NCBI GenBank assembly: GCA_040752415.1
Contig: JBFMGU010000011.1
Coordinates: forward strand, 13,033-77,032
DNA length: 64,000 bases
Source of the DNA: Myxococcota bacterium
Lineage (GTDB): Bacteria; Myxococcota; JACRCW01
Reading direction: 5' to 3'
Shown piece after piece: positions 1 through 9,684 of this stretch. The notes under the pieces were generated by a model. The model did not search any database, had not been told where the DNA came from, and saw nothing but the letters and a program-made list of their open reading frames with translations. The position numbers and the translations under genes are program-made. Numbering within the stretch: the stretch's first letter is position 1; every line of letters begins with the position of its first letter.

Positions 1-1515
1 GGGAATCCGACGGTACCGCAGCACCTGCGCCCGCGCGGTCTCCTCCGGCATGCTGGCGTGACGCACCAGGAACGCCACCGCCTGTTCCATGTTCATCCGC
101 CCGGTGTGCAACCCAATGTCCACGACGACACGGATGGCGCGGATGGCATGGCCCACCAGCGCGAACAGCGCGTCCACCGGGTCCTGGTGGAAACCGTGAA
201 GGCGCATCACCTCCTCGGCATACACCGCGAAGCCCTCGATGTTCTGGTTGGTGAAGAAGTTGCGACGCGGGATGGTGACGTCGTCAGGAACCAGCAGGAA
301 GCGCACCGGGGCGGGATGCGTGGAGAACTTCCGCTGCCACGACGCACTCTGGAGCCAATGGCCCGGAATCCCCTCGTGGATGGCGCCGATGGTGGCCCAG
401 GCCAGGGGATGCTGCGCGGGATCGGAGGCCAGCAGGAAGCCGCCTTTCCGACGAGGAGCCAGCAGCGGCGCGGGCCAGTTGATGGCGTTCCCCACCCCGC
501 GCAGTGCGGCGTGCGTGGGGGCCAGGCGCAGCTCGGCGTCGTCGGGCATGCGGAAGAGTTTCTGTTGAACCATGAAGTCCTGCGCACGCTGGAGCCGCTC
601 GCGGTAGAGCGGAAACACGTCGTCAGCGTGGGCCGGCGTCTCGCGTTGCAGCTTCTGCATCAGCGCCCACGCCGACCCGTGGTCCGTGACCGCCGGTTCT
701 CCCCGCTCCCGCGCCACCACCGCCGCCTGCGCGGTCATGTCGCGTTCCAGCTCGGCCAGGATGGCTTCCGCGCGGGCCACCAGCTCGCCCACCGGCGTGG
801 TGACGGCATGCGTGTGCACCAGTCGCCACGTGTATTCCTCCGCGCCCAGCGCGAACTCCTGGGTGGCGTGGGGAAGGACGTCGTCACGGAGGAAGGCGCG
901 GTGCGCACGGAACGCGTCGGCGGCGCGTTGTCCCGCGTGCTGCAACCTCGTCTTCACGTTTTCCGGCACACCGGCTGCAATCCGCGGGAGCGCGGCAAGA
1001 TCATCCGCCATCGCCTCCAGTTGCTGCTCGACGAGAAAACCGGTGACCACCGCATCGGGCCGCAGTCCGCGTCGGAGCCCGTCACGCAGCAATGCTTCCT
1101 GTTGCGCCAGGTAGCGCGGCACCGCGTCGGCGCGAGTGGCCACGTTCTCCCAGTCCTCCACGACGTCCGCGTGCGCCATGTGGTGCTGCAGCATGACGTA
1201 CGGGTAGATGGACATCTCCACGTTGCGCAGGTGCTCCTGCCGTTCCCCGTGCGCACGCAGGTGGAACCGACAGATGGCGCGCATGGTCCAGCAGTCGATC
1301 TCGTCGTCGGGAGCGGTGAGCGTGGGCGCCAGGGCATCGCAGCGGTCGAGGAAACGCTGGTACCCGCGCAGCTCGTCGTCGAGGGCGGTGAGGGAGAGGT
1401 CGCGCAGCTTGTCGTCGAAGCCGCGGGCGCCGAGCGTGGTGGCCTCTTCCGGTTGCGTGGCCAGGTACCAGCGGAAGAACTCCTGGCGCAGCTGGGCGAA
1501 TGGGGATTCCGTCAT
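1..1515 (-). CDS. DUF885 family protein (putative metallopeptidase), runs off the left edge
   Basis: Absent from the ORF track; read manually from ATG at 1515 (MTESPFAQLRQEFF...PEEATTLGARGFDDKLRDLS). Motifs AIHEGIPGHWLQ, NIEGFAVYAE and RVVVDIGLH. Overlaps the upstream stop (ATGA). The + strand 58..1659 ORF is its shadow. Confidence 0.85.
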   Translation of the reverse strand, partial: MTESPFAQLRQEFFRWYLATQPEEATTLGARGFDDKLRDLSLTALDDELRGYQRFLDRCDALAPTLTAPDDEIDCWTMRAICRFHLRAHGERQEHLRNVEMSIYPYVMLQHHMAHADVVEDWENVATRADAVPRYLAQQEALLRDGLRRGLRPDAVVTGFLVEQQLEAMADDLAALPRIAAGVPENVKTRLQHAGQRAADAFRAHRAFLRDDVLPHATQEFALGAEEYTWRLVHTHAVTTPVGELVARAEAILAELERDMTAQAAVVARERGEPAVTDHGSAWALMQKLQRETPAHADDVFPLYRERLQRAQDFMVQQKLFRMPDDAELRLAPTHAALRGVGNAINWPAPLLAPRRKGGFLLASDPAQHPLAWATIGAIHEGIPGHWLQSASWQRKFSTHPAPVRFLLVPDDVTIPRRNFFTNQNIEGFAVYAEEVMRLHGFHQDPVDALFALVGHAIRAIRVVVDIGLHTGRMNMEQAVAFLVRHASMPEETARAQVLRYRRIP

Positions 1516-2501
1516 GGTTGCGCGGCGGGCTCGGCGGGCGTGGCGTCGGGAGCGGACGCCGGCGTGGGACCCACCGGCACCAGGCGACAGGTCACATTCG
1601 GCTGGCCCCTGGGACGGACCACGCCGGATTCATCCTTGTCGGCGTCGGTGGCGTCGTAGGCCAGGCGCTTGCCTTCCTGCGCGGGGTCGGCGGGGATCAC
1701 GAACTCCCAGCCCATCTTGTTGGTGTGCACCCACGCGAAGTAGTGCTCTCCGTCGTCGGCGGACCAGTGGTTGCGGAAGATGGCGCCGGTGGCGCTGCTC
1801 TCCTTCTCGTAGAGCGCGGTGCCTTCCCCGTCGCGGATGATGAAGTATTGGAGGTCCGGCGTGGTGAAGGGCTTGCCGGACGTCGTCACCGTGCAGCCCT
1901 CCAGCTTCAGCTCCCGCACCACGCGCTCCGGCGCCACGCTCGTCACAATGTCCGCTCCGACGAGACGCGTGCTCGCCTCGTGCCGGATGCGCGTGGCCTT
2001 GCGGTTGTAAACGTGCAGCATGGTGACGGGGTAGATGTACAGCGCGGAGACCGCGGCAAACGCGAGCCCCGCGGCGCCCACCGGCCAGAGCACGCCCAGC
2101 GTGGCCACGGTGAGCAGCATGGTGACGTCAAGGAACAGGTACGGACCGAGCACCCAGATCCAGAAGGGGACCCACACTTCCCAGTCGGCGGGGACGCGGG
2201 TCTCGCTGAGCATGACGTTGGTGACCAGCACCTGCGCCACGTACGGCACCACCGGCAGCACCAGCACACCGAAGAGACCGGTGGCCGCCAGCGTGGCGTA
2301 GACCGCCATCCTCTTGTCGGCGACGACGGGAAAGAGCTCGCCGGTGGGTGGCTTGAAGCAGAACCAGCTGGTGGGGCAGCCGCCGGGGAGCTCCGGTTCC
2401 GCGGGCGTGGCATCGGCAACGCGCTGCGCGGGCTCCGACGGTACGGCCGCCGGTGACGACGTCAGCACGCTGGCGAGCGCAACGCTCAACACCCAGGACA
2501 T
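1512..2501 (-). CDS. hypothetical membrane protein (signal peptide, about 3 TM helices, soluble C-terminal domain)
   Basis: Likely start MSWVLSVALASVL after a GAGG RBS; hydrophobic stretches; coupled to the DUF885 gene. Confidence 0.65.
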   Translation of the reverse strand: MSWVLSVALASVLTSSPAAVPSEPAQRVADATPAEPELPGGCPTSWFCFKPPTGELFPVVADKRMAVYATLAATGLFGVLVLPVVPYVAQVLVTNVMLSETRVPADWEVWVPFWIWVLGPYLFLDVTMLLTVATLGVLWPVGAAGLAFAAVSALYIYPVTMLHVYNRKATRIRHEASTRLVGADIVTSVAPERVVRELKLEGCTVTTSGKPFTTPDLQYFIIRDGEGTALYEKESSATGAIFRNHWSADDGEHYFAWVHTNKMGWEFVIPADPAQEGKRLAYDATDADKDESGVVRPRGQPNVTCRLVPVGPTPASAPDATPAEPAAQP

Positions 2502-2786
2502 GGGATGTTCCTCTCGAGAAAACCGCGCGCAGTCTGGGAGCGACGCCACGTGGGGTCAAGCCGGGGTCCCAGGGCACGGTTCGCGCGCCGCGCGGGTCGT
2601 GGAATCTCCGTCGACACCACCACCCCCTCGCTCCGCACCACGCACGCCAGTTTTGCGGGGACGGAGCGGGTTGCACGGTGCGCGGTTGGGAGTGATAGGA
2701 GCGTCCGCGTCGCGGCAACCGCGGTCTTCCCGACGGGAACGCGTCTTGCTGCGGGCAACGCTACACCTGCTCCTCCGGAGGTCCGC

Positions 2787-3071
2787 ATGGACTGGAAGCT
2801 CCTTGTCTCCACCTTCGCCATGGTCTTTGTCGCCGAGATCGGGGACAAGACGCAGCTGGCCACGCTCCTGCTCGCGTCGTCGCGGCCGTCCAAGCTCGCG
2901 GTGTTCCTCGGCTCCGCGCTCGCGCTCGTGTCGACGTCGGCGCTGGCGGTGCTGGGCGCGGAGCTCATCGGCCGCTTCGTCTCGCCGCAGATCCTCCGCT
3001 ACGTCGCCGGCGGGCTGTTCCTCGTGCTCGGTGTGGTGACGCTCCTGGTCCCGGAGAGCAACGGGGATTGA
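2787..3071 (+). CDS. TMEM165/GDT1 (UPF0016) family Ca2+/Mn2+ transporter, single-domain form
   Basis: Signature AEIGDKTQ, 3 TM helices, GGAGG RBS. Confidence 0.9.
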   Translation: MDWKLLVSTFAMVFVAEIGDKTQLATLLLASSRPSKLAVFLGSALALVSTSALAVLGAELIGRFVSPQILRYVAGGLFLVLGVVTLLVPESNGD

Positions 3072-3148
3072 CGCGCACATCGTCGCTGCGCCGCCCACGG
3101 TCGGACGGATGATGCGAGCGCCCCCGGGCCGTCGTTATCACCTCCGCC

Positions 3149-3550
3149 ATGTCCCGCCTGCTGACTTGGGTGCTCTTTCTCGTCGTCGCCGGTGGGTGCG
3201 CCACGTCCCGTCGCAGCGCGCCGCCGCAGGGCTCGGAGCGCGGAATGGCGTCGTACTATCACGACTCGCTGGCCGGCCGGCCCACCGCCAGCGGCGAGCC
3301 CTACAACCCCGAGGCCGCCACCTGCGCGCACAAGACGCATCCGCTCGGCACCCGGTTGCGCGTGACGCGCGTGGACAGCGGCGCGTCGGTGGTGTGTCGC
3401 GTCAACGACCGGGGGCCCTTTGTCCGCGGTCGCGTGGTGGACCTCTCACGACGCATGGCTCGCGAGCTGGGCATCCTGCACAAGGGCGTGGTCCCGGTGC
3501 GCGTGGGCGTGGTGTCCCCACCTCCGCCCCGACGTCGCCGCGAGGCCTGA
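3149..3550 (+). CDS. rlpA: RlpA-family septal lytic transglycosylase lipoprotein
   Basis: Lipobox-like AGGC; G.ASYY, TASGE, TCAHKT.P.GT and VNDRGPF..GR.VDLS motifs. Confidence 0.9.
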   Translation: MSRLLTWVLFLVVAGGCATSRRSAPPQGSERGMASYYHDSLAGRPTASGEPYNPEAATCAHKTHPLGTRLRVTRVDSGASVVCRVNDRGPFVRGRVVDLSRRMARELGILHKGVVPVRVGVVSPPPPRRRREA

Positions 3551-3679
3551 AAACCCGCCACAATTGCGCCACTTGCGCCGGCGCTGGCGGCCTCCGTCAA
3601 CGGGAGGATGGATCGTGCCGCCGCGCGGCGAAACCGCTGTGAAAACGCGCAGATAATGGTGTGGTCCAAGGAGCCACCC

Positions 3680-5563
3680 ATGAAGCGCGCGCTGTGTGGA
3701 CTGACCGTGGTGCTTGGCCTCGCGGCCTGTGACGGCGCGGAGGTCAGCGGCGGGGACGAGCCGGTGGAGGAGAGCACGGGGACGCGGCGCGGTACGTCGT
3801 CGTCGAGCGGGGAGGGTGGGAAGACCAGCTCGGGGGGCGCGTTCAGCAACGGGTCCACGTCGGGGAGCGTGGGCAGCAGCGCGTCCAACACCAGCAGCGG
3901 CGGTCGGCCGGGCAGCAGCAGTACCGCGGGATCGACGTCGAGTGGCGGCAGCTCGACGTCCTCCACCAGCAGCGGCGGCCGGCCCAACAGCTCCACCAGC
4001 GGCGTCTCCACGACGAGCAGCACCGCCGTTTCCTCGACGAGCGGCGGCCCGTCTTCCGCCAGCAACACCGCCTCCTCGACGAGCGGCGGCACCGGGGGAT
4101 GCGGCACGCTGGACTACCTGGGTGAATGCCAGGGCACGACGCTGCGCTGGTGCCAGGATGAGACCGTCCAGCAGATCGACTGCGCGGACTCCGGCCAGGT
4201 CTGCGGCTGGCAGGACGACACGGTGGGCTACAACTGCCTGGACAGCGCGTCCTCCAGCAGCAGCTCCTCCAGCACCGGTGGCGCCAGCACCAGCTCCTCC
4301 AGCAGCGGCGGTGTCGTCGACAACTGCAACGGCGTGACCTTCGAGGGTGAGTGCAACGGCACGCTCCTGCGCTGGTGCGAGAACAACCAGCTCAACGAAT
4401 ACGAGTGCGCCACCGACGGCCTCTCCTGCGGCTACGACGACGCCATCCCCGGCTACAACTGCATCAGCGACCCGTGCCGGGGCGTGACCTACGAGGGCGA
4501 GTGCCAGGGCGCGCTGCTTCGCTACTGCGACAACCAGCAGCTCGTGGAATACGACTGCGCCGGCGAGGGCAACACCTGCGGCTACGACGCGGCGATTCCC
4601 GGCTACAACTGCGTGGCGGGCGGCGCTTCCTCGTCGTCGTCGTCCTCGAGCGGCGGCACCGACCCGTGCGGCGGGCTGGACTATCTCGGTGAATGCCAGG
4701 GTGATCTGCTGCGCTGGTGTGAGAACGGCACGCTGCGCGAGGTGAACTGCGCGGACAGCAACCGCGTGTGTCAGTGGGAGAACGAGACCATCGGGTACAA
4801 CTGCCTGGACCGCGGCCCCTCGTGTGGCGACCTGGCGACGCAGAACGGGTGGAGCCAGGCCGCGTGCGAGTGGAATGGCAACGGCGCGTGCAACGGGGTG
4901 GGGACGCCCACGTGGGACTGTGATTTCTGTTGCGACACCGGCGGCGGGAGCAGCAGCGGCGGGCTGGGTTTTGGTTATCCCGTCGGCGACAAGACCACGT
5001 ATCCCGCGGGTGGCTGGTCGGTGACGCAGATTCTCGGCCATTACTGGGCGGACTACGGCGGCGTGCACATGGCGGAGGACATCTCCAACGGGGAAGCGAA
5101 CACGGCGCTGGCGCCGGTCTACGCGGTCGCCGACGGAGAGGTGCTCTACGCGGGGAGCAACGGCAGCACCTACCGCAACGTGGTCCTCATCCGTCACGAC
5201 CTGGGCAACGGCGAGCAGGTGTGTTCGTTCTACGGCCACCTCGAGCCGCCCGACGTGTTCTCGGGGCAGATGGTGTCGCGTGGTGAGCAGGTGGCGCGGG
5301 TGTTGGACTGGGTGGCGGAGTTCGGCGCGGCCAACTCACACCTGCACTACGTGCTGTTGAGCATTGACCTGTGTCTGGCGTCGGACGGCGCCAACGGCGC
5401 GCTGGTGTGCGGTTATGACCGCGGCAGCGGCACGGGCCTGGGCTGGACGGACCTGGCGGGCGAGCCGGAGACGTACACCGCCGTCAACGACATCTGCGGC
5501 GACCACAACTACCCGAACGCGTTCATCGCCCCGAGCAAGTTCATCCGCGACCACCACTTCTGA
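3680..5563 (+). CDS. lipoprotein with Ser-rich linkers, four Cys-rich repeats and a C-terminal M23 peptidase domain
   Basis: LAAC lipobox; HMAED (HxxxD), PVYAVADGEV, FYGHL and HLHY motifs. Confidence 0.8.
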   Translation: MKRALCGLTVVLGLAACDGAEVSGGDEPVEESTGTRRGTSSSSGEGGKTSSGGAFSNGSTSGSVGSSASNTSSGGRPGSSSTAGSTSSGGSSTSSTSSGGRPNSSTSGVSTTSSTAVSSTSGGPSSASNTASSTSGGTGGCGTLDYLGECQGTTLRWCQDETVQQIDCADSGQVCGWQDDTVGYNCLDSASSSSSSSSTGGASTSSSSSGGVVDNCNGVTFEGECNGTLLRWCENNQLNEYECATDGLSCGYDDAIPGYNCISDPCRGVTYEGECQGALLRYCDNQQLVEYDCAGEGNTCGYDAAIPGYNCVAGGASSSSSSSSGGTDPCGGLDYLGECQGDLLRWCENGTLREVNCADSNRVCQWENETIGYNCLDRGPSCGDLATQNGWSQAACEWNGNGACNGVGTPTWDCDFCCDTGGGSSSGGLGFGYPVGDKTTYPAGGWSVTQILGHYWADYGGVHMAEDISNGEANTALAPVYAVADGEVLYAGSNGSTYRNVVLIRHDLGNGEQVCSFYGHLEPPDVFSGQMVSRGEQVARVLDWVAEFGAANSHLHYVLLSIDLCLASDGANGALVCGYDRGSGTGLGWTDLAGEPETYTAVNDICGDHNYPNAFIAPSKFIRDHHF

Positions 5564-5724
5564 GCCCAGCGGAGCCTTGTGCCGCGCCAAGCCTCGCGAC
5601 TTCCTCGTCGCGGCACATCTACGCCTCCCCACGCCGTGGGGGAGGTCGGCCGCCACGACGAGAAACCGGTGAAATCGTGAGGCGGCCGGGTGGGGGGGCC
5701 ACCTCGCCACCACCCGATTCTGGG

Positions 5725-6411
5725 TCACTTCGGCTTGAGCACGAGGAAGTACTGGTACGCCAGGAACGTGTGTTCCACGTCGAGCACAAGGCCCGCGGCA
5801 CTCGCGCGCGCCAGGAAGTCCTCGCGCGCCACCAGGTGGTCCTGGGGCGGCCCCACCGGCAGCTCCTTCTTGTGGAAGTCGATGTTCACGACCTTCCCGC
5901 CGGGCTTGAGCGCCCCACGCAGCTTCCGCAGGTACGCCACTCCGTCGGGGAAGTGGTGGAACGTGTCCACAACCAGGATGACGTCGCAGCTCGCCGCGGG
6001 GAGCAGCGGGTCATCCGGCAACGCCAGCACCGGCGTAACGTTCCGCGCGTTCGCCTCGGAGATGCGCTTGAGCAACGTCTCCAGCATGCGCGGCTCCACG
6101 TCCACCGCGTAGACCTGTCCGCCGCTCCCCACCGCGCGCGCCAGCCGCAGGGAGAAGTACCCCGGTCCCGCGCCCACGTCGCACGCGGTCTGTCCCGGCT
6201 TCAATCCCAGCGCACGCACCACCTCGTCGGGCTTCTGCCATTCCGCGCGGGTGGGCTCCTCCTGGTGCGCAATGTACGCATCCATGTCCGCCGGGTTCCC
6301 GTGCGTGCCATGCGCGGGTTTCCCGTCGTGACCATGCTGCTTGTGTCCGTGGTGGGCTGCTTCCGGGGGCGCCAGGCCCAACAGAATCGCGCTCAAGACC
6401 AGGCTCCTCAT
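5725..6411 (-). CDS. class I SAM-dependent methyltransferase with signal peptide and His-rich N-terminus
   Basis: CDVGAGPGYF, VYAVDVE and LKPGG motifs. Confidence 0.88.
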   Translation of the reverse strand: MRSLVLSAILLGLAPPEAAHHGHKQHGHDGKPAHGTHGNPADMDAYIAHQEEPTRAEWQKPDEVVRALGLKPGQTACDVGAGPGYFSLRLARAVGSGGQVYAVDVEPRMLETLLKRISEANARNVTPVLALPDDPLLPAASCDVILVVDTFHHFPDGVAYLRKLRGALKPGGKVVNIDFHKKELPVGPPQDHLVAREDFLARASAAGLVLDVEHTFLAYQYFLVLKPK

Positions 6412-6417
6412 CTCTGC

Positions 6418-7122
6418 TCAACGACGCGGCGTGGCGGTCATTCCCTCCGTCCCCGGCCGCATCGTGGGACGGACGGTGATGGTCGGCGCGCTCACGTTCG
6501 GCCGCGGCACGCTGACGGAAGGGGTCGCCACTGTCGTCGTGGCGCGGGGCGCGGCGGTGGTATTCACGGGTTGCGCGTGCGCCGCACCGGTGCTCAGCGT
6601 GGTCTGCACGCCGGTGGTGATGGTGGCGCTGGCGGTGACGGGAATCTGCGAGGGATCCAGCGCGCGCATCCGCTCCAGCGCGGTGAGGATGGACAGCCGC
6701 AGCTGGGGTGGCGCCGGGTGGATGCGGATGGGCTCCACCTCCGCGTGCACCAGGCCCAGGTCCATCCACGGCATCTCCGTCGCCGCCACGTCGAGTCCGC
6801 ACGCCGAGGTCACGCCCATCCCCAGGAACAGCTCCAGCTTGAGTCCGAGGCGGAGCAGCGGCCGCAACGGCGCGAGCGGCGAGAAACGCACACTGGCGGC
6901 GGGCAGCACCGCGGTGGGCGCGCGCAGCGTGAAGCCCAGCTTGGACGCGGGCGCCTGCACGCGGAAGGTCCCCGCGTCGGCCTCCACGCTCAGCTCCAGC
7001 AGGGAGATGGTCCGGGAGATTCCCACCGCCGCCGACGCCATCCCGTGCGTGCAGGCCGGCACCTCACCCACGCGCGGCGAGAGGGCGGCCAGGGACATGC
7101 TGAGAAGCAGGGCGGTCTGCAT
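6418..7122 (-). CDS. hypothetical secreted protein with Thr/Pro-rich tail
   Basis: Start MQTALLLSMSLAAL after a GGAG RBS; lies directly upstream of the methyltransferase. Confidence 0.55.
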   Translation of the reverse strand: MQTALLLSMSLAALSPRVGEVPACTHGMASAAVGISRTISLLELSVEADAGTFRVQAPASKLGFTLRAPTAVLPAASVRFSPLAPLRPLLRLGLKLELFLGMGVTSACGLDVAATEMPWMDLGLVHAEVEPIRIHPAPPQLRLSILTALERMRALDPSQIPVTASATITTGVQTTLSTGAAHAQPVNTTAAPRATTTVATPSVSVPRPNVSAPTITVRPTMRPGTEGMTATPRR

Positions 7123-7219
7123 GCGGGGCTCCGTTCCGTCGGGGAAGCGTTGTAGCAGGCCGCCCCGCGGACGGGAACAAGCTTGCACCGGGGCATGTTT
7201 CCTGCTCCGACGGAAAGAC

Positions 7220-8218
7220 ATGCGCACCATGAAGGCCATGCAGTTCTGGAAGGTGGGTGAGCCGCTGCGCGAGGTGGACCTCCCCCTTCCGCGCCCCGGC
7301 ACGGGCCAGGTGCGGCTGCGCGTGTTGGCGTGCGCGGTGTGTCGCACCGACCTGCACCTCGTGGACGGTGAGCTGCCCGACCCGGTCATCCCGGTGATTC
7401 CCGGTCACCAGGTGGTGGGCGTGGTGGAGGCGCTGGGGGAGGGCGCCACGCGACATCGTCTCGGCGAGCTCGTGGGCGTGCCGTGGCTGGGCTGGAGCTG
7501 CGGCGCGTGTCGCTACTGCTGGCGACAGGAGGAGAACCTGTGTGACCGCGCGCGCTTCACCGGTTGTCACCTGGACGGCGGCTACGCCGAGCACGCGGTG
7601 GCCGACGAGCGCTTCTGCATCCCCCTGCCCGCGAGCCTGCCGCACGAGCAGCTGGCGCCGCTGTTGTGCGCCGGGCTCATCGGCTTCCGCGCGTACCGCA
7701 TGGTCGGTGACGTCGAGACGCTGGGGTTCTACGGCTTTGGCTCGGCGGCGCACCTCCTGGCGCAGCTGGCGCGCGCGCAGGGACGACGCGTGCTGGCCTT
7801 CACCCGTCCCGGCGACACCACCGCGCAACAGCTGGCGCTCTCCCTGGGCGCCGTGTGGGCCGGCTCCTCCGACGAGAAACCGCCCGAGGAACTGGACGGG
7901 GCGATCATCTTCGCTGCCGCGGGGGAGCTGGTCCCCACGGCGCTGCGGGCGGTGCGCAAGGGCGGCACGGTGGTGTGCGCGGGCATCCACATGAGCGACA
8001 TCCCCTCCTTCCCCTACGCCATCCTCTGGGGTGAGCGGTGCGTGCGCAGCGTGGCCAACCTCACGCGTGACGACGGAGAACGCTTCTTCCAGCAGATTGC
8101 CCGCACGCCGGTGCACGCGGAGGTGCAGACCTATCCGCTCGCCGCGGCCAACCAGGCGCTGGCGGATCTGCGCGCGGGCAAGGTGCGCGGCACCGCGGTG
8201 CTGCAGGTGGTGCGCTGA
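7220..8218 (+). CDS. zinc-dependent alcohol dehydrogenase (MDR family)
   Basis: CAVCRTDLH, IPGHQVVG, CGACRYC...ENLC and APLLCAG motifs. Confidence 0.92.
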   Translation: MRTMKAMQFWKVGEPLREVDLPLPRPGTGQVRLRVLACAVCRTDLHLVDGELPDPVIPVIPGHQVVGVVEALGEGATRHRLGELVGVPWLGWSCGACRYCWRQEENLCDRARFTGCHLDGGYAEHAVADERFCIPLPASLPHEQLAPLLCAGLIGFRAYRMVGDVETLGFYGFGSAAHLLAQLARAQGRRVLAFTRPGDTTAQQLALSLGAVWAGSSDEKPPEELDGAIIFAAAGELVPTALRAVRKGGTVVCAGIHMSDIPSFPYAILWGERCVRSVANLTRDDGERFFQQIARTPVHAEVQTYPLAAANQALADLRAGKVRGTAVLQVVR

Positions 8219-8243
8219 GCCCATCCGTCCACCGGGCTCGGGA

Positions 8244-8472
8244 ACGTCGTGAGCGGACCACAACCTGGAGTGCGGCGGGCCCTCGCCGCCCTGGTCAGCG
8301 CCGCGCGGCTCCCTGCACCCGTCAAGGGTCCACCCTCCCGGAGACGCGGTCGCGCATCCACCGGCGCGGTGACGCTCGGGGTCGTTGCACCAGATCCCGT
8401 CGGGGACGCCCGCGACGCTGGCCCGGGCGGTGACAGGCCGCCGCACTCCAGGTCGTGGCCCGCTCACGACGT
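8244..8472. repeat. REPIN/MITE-like inverted doublet (TGGAGTGCGGCGG class)
   Basis: 35-bp arms at 8244-8278 and 8438-8472 are inverted repeats with 2 mismatches; weaker similarity continues inward; a further copy starts at 63863. Confidence 0.8.
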
Positions 8473-8504
8473 CAAAAACCCGGTCGCGCAGCTGGTCCTG
8501 ACGC

Positions 8505-8963
8505 TCATCCCCGTCGGGGAACGCCGCTCCCGTACAGCACCCGCGCCCGACCCTCCATGGGCAGCGCCGCCTCCTCCACCGTCGTGAAACCGGAGGCGCG
8601 CGCCAGCTCCGCCAGGTGCCGCATCCACGGCTTGTAGGACATGCTGTTGTCCGAGCAGCACGGCACCACCGCAAAGGGAATCCCGTGCGCCGCGGCGTAC
8701 TCGACGATGATGCGCGTGGCCCCGTCGGGGTGCATGCCCACCACCAGCTCGCAGTGGCACGGCTCCGCCAGCGTGAAGGGCCGTTCGGCAAAGGTCACGT
8801 CCAGGTGCTTGTGGCGCTGGTCGAACGTGGTGACCTGCCGGCCCAACCGCGTGAGCGCCTCGTTGAGCCGGCCCATCCCGCCCGCCACGTCGTAGATGCG
8901 CGGGGCGTCAAAGCGCTCCACCAGGAACCGCGCAAACAGGTCAAAGCGCCGCTTGTCCGCCAT
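8505..8963 (-). CDS. small SAM-methyltransferase-like protein
   Basis: IYDVAGGMG (motif I-like), LVVGMHPDGAT and PFAVVPCC. Confidence 0.7.
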   Translation of the reverse strand: MADKRRFDLFARFLVERFDAPRIYDVAGGMGRLNEALTRLGRQVTTFDQRHKHLDVTFAERPFTLAEPCHCELVVGMHPDGATRIIVEYAAAHGIPFAVVPCCSDNSMSYKPWMRHLAELARASGFTTVEEAALPMEGRARVLYGSGVPRRG

Positions 8964-9174
8964 GCCCGCGCCAGGATGGCGGCCCCGCGCGCGCCCTGTC
9001 AAAGCGCCGCACAAGCTGCGGGGTGGGCGCAAGCCTGGCGCAATGGTCCACGGCCAGGGTTGCGTGTCGTCGGGAGCGGACCGTGGCATGGCCACTGCAC
9101 CCGCGCCGGTCCCCGCGGCGCGCAACCGCTATCCCTCCGTGAGATGGCCGCGCCGCACGGTCAAGGAGGAGCCC

Positions 9175-9678
9175 ATGACAACGGCAGGTGAGCTGTGCAC
9201 GCGCGAGGTGACGGTGATGGATCTGGATGAGCCGCTGATGGCCGCGGCGGAGCTCATGCGCAACCAGCACGTGGGCACGGTGGTGGTGGTGCAGCAGCGG
9301 GACGGCGTGCGCGTGCCGGTGGGGATCGTGACCGACCGGGACATCGTCGTGGGGGTGCTGGCCACCACGCCGGAGAAGGCCGCGCTGCTCACCATGGCCG
9401 ACGTGCTGGCCACCCCCCTGGTCACCGCGCGCGCGAGCGACGACGTGCTGGACGTGGTGCGCCGCATGCGCGCCCACGGCGTCCGCCGCATGCCGGTGGT
9501 CAACGCCCAGGGCACGCTGGAAGGCATCCTGACCCTGGATGACGTGGTGGACCTGCTCTCCGAGCTGGCGCGTGAGCTCAGCGCCATCATCAAGGTGGAG
9601 CAGGACAATGAGCGACGCACCCGCACCCCGCCCCGCCCGGGCGCGGGCGCCAGCGGCGCGTCGCGCGAGCTCTCCTGA
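9175..9678 (+). CDS. CBS domain-containing protein
   Basis: GIVTDRDIV and VRRMPVV...GILTLDD; AGGAGG RBS. Confidence 0.9.
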   Translation: MTTAGELCTREVTVMDLDEPLMAAAELMRNQHVGTVVVVQQRDGVRVPVGIVTDRDIVVGVLATTPEKAALLTMADVLATPLVTARASDDVLDVVRRMRAHGVRRMPVVNAQGTLEGILTLDDVVDLLSELARELSAIIKVEQDNERRTRTPPRPGAGASGASRELS

Positions 9679-9684
9679 GGTCCT

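Noticed and set aside
58..1659. 533-aa + strand ORF
   Set aside because: Antisense shadow of the - strand DUF885 gene.
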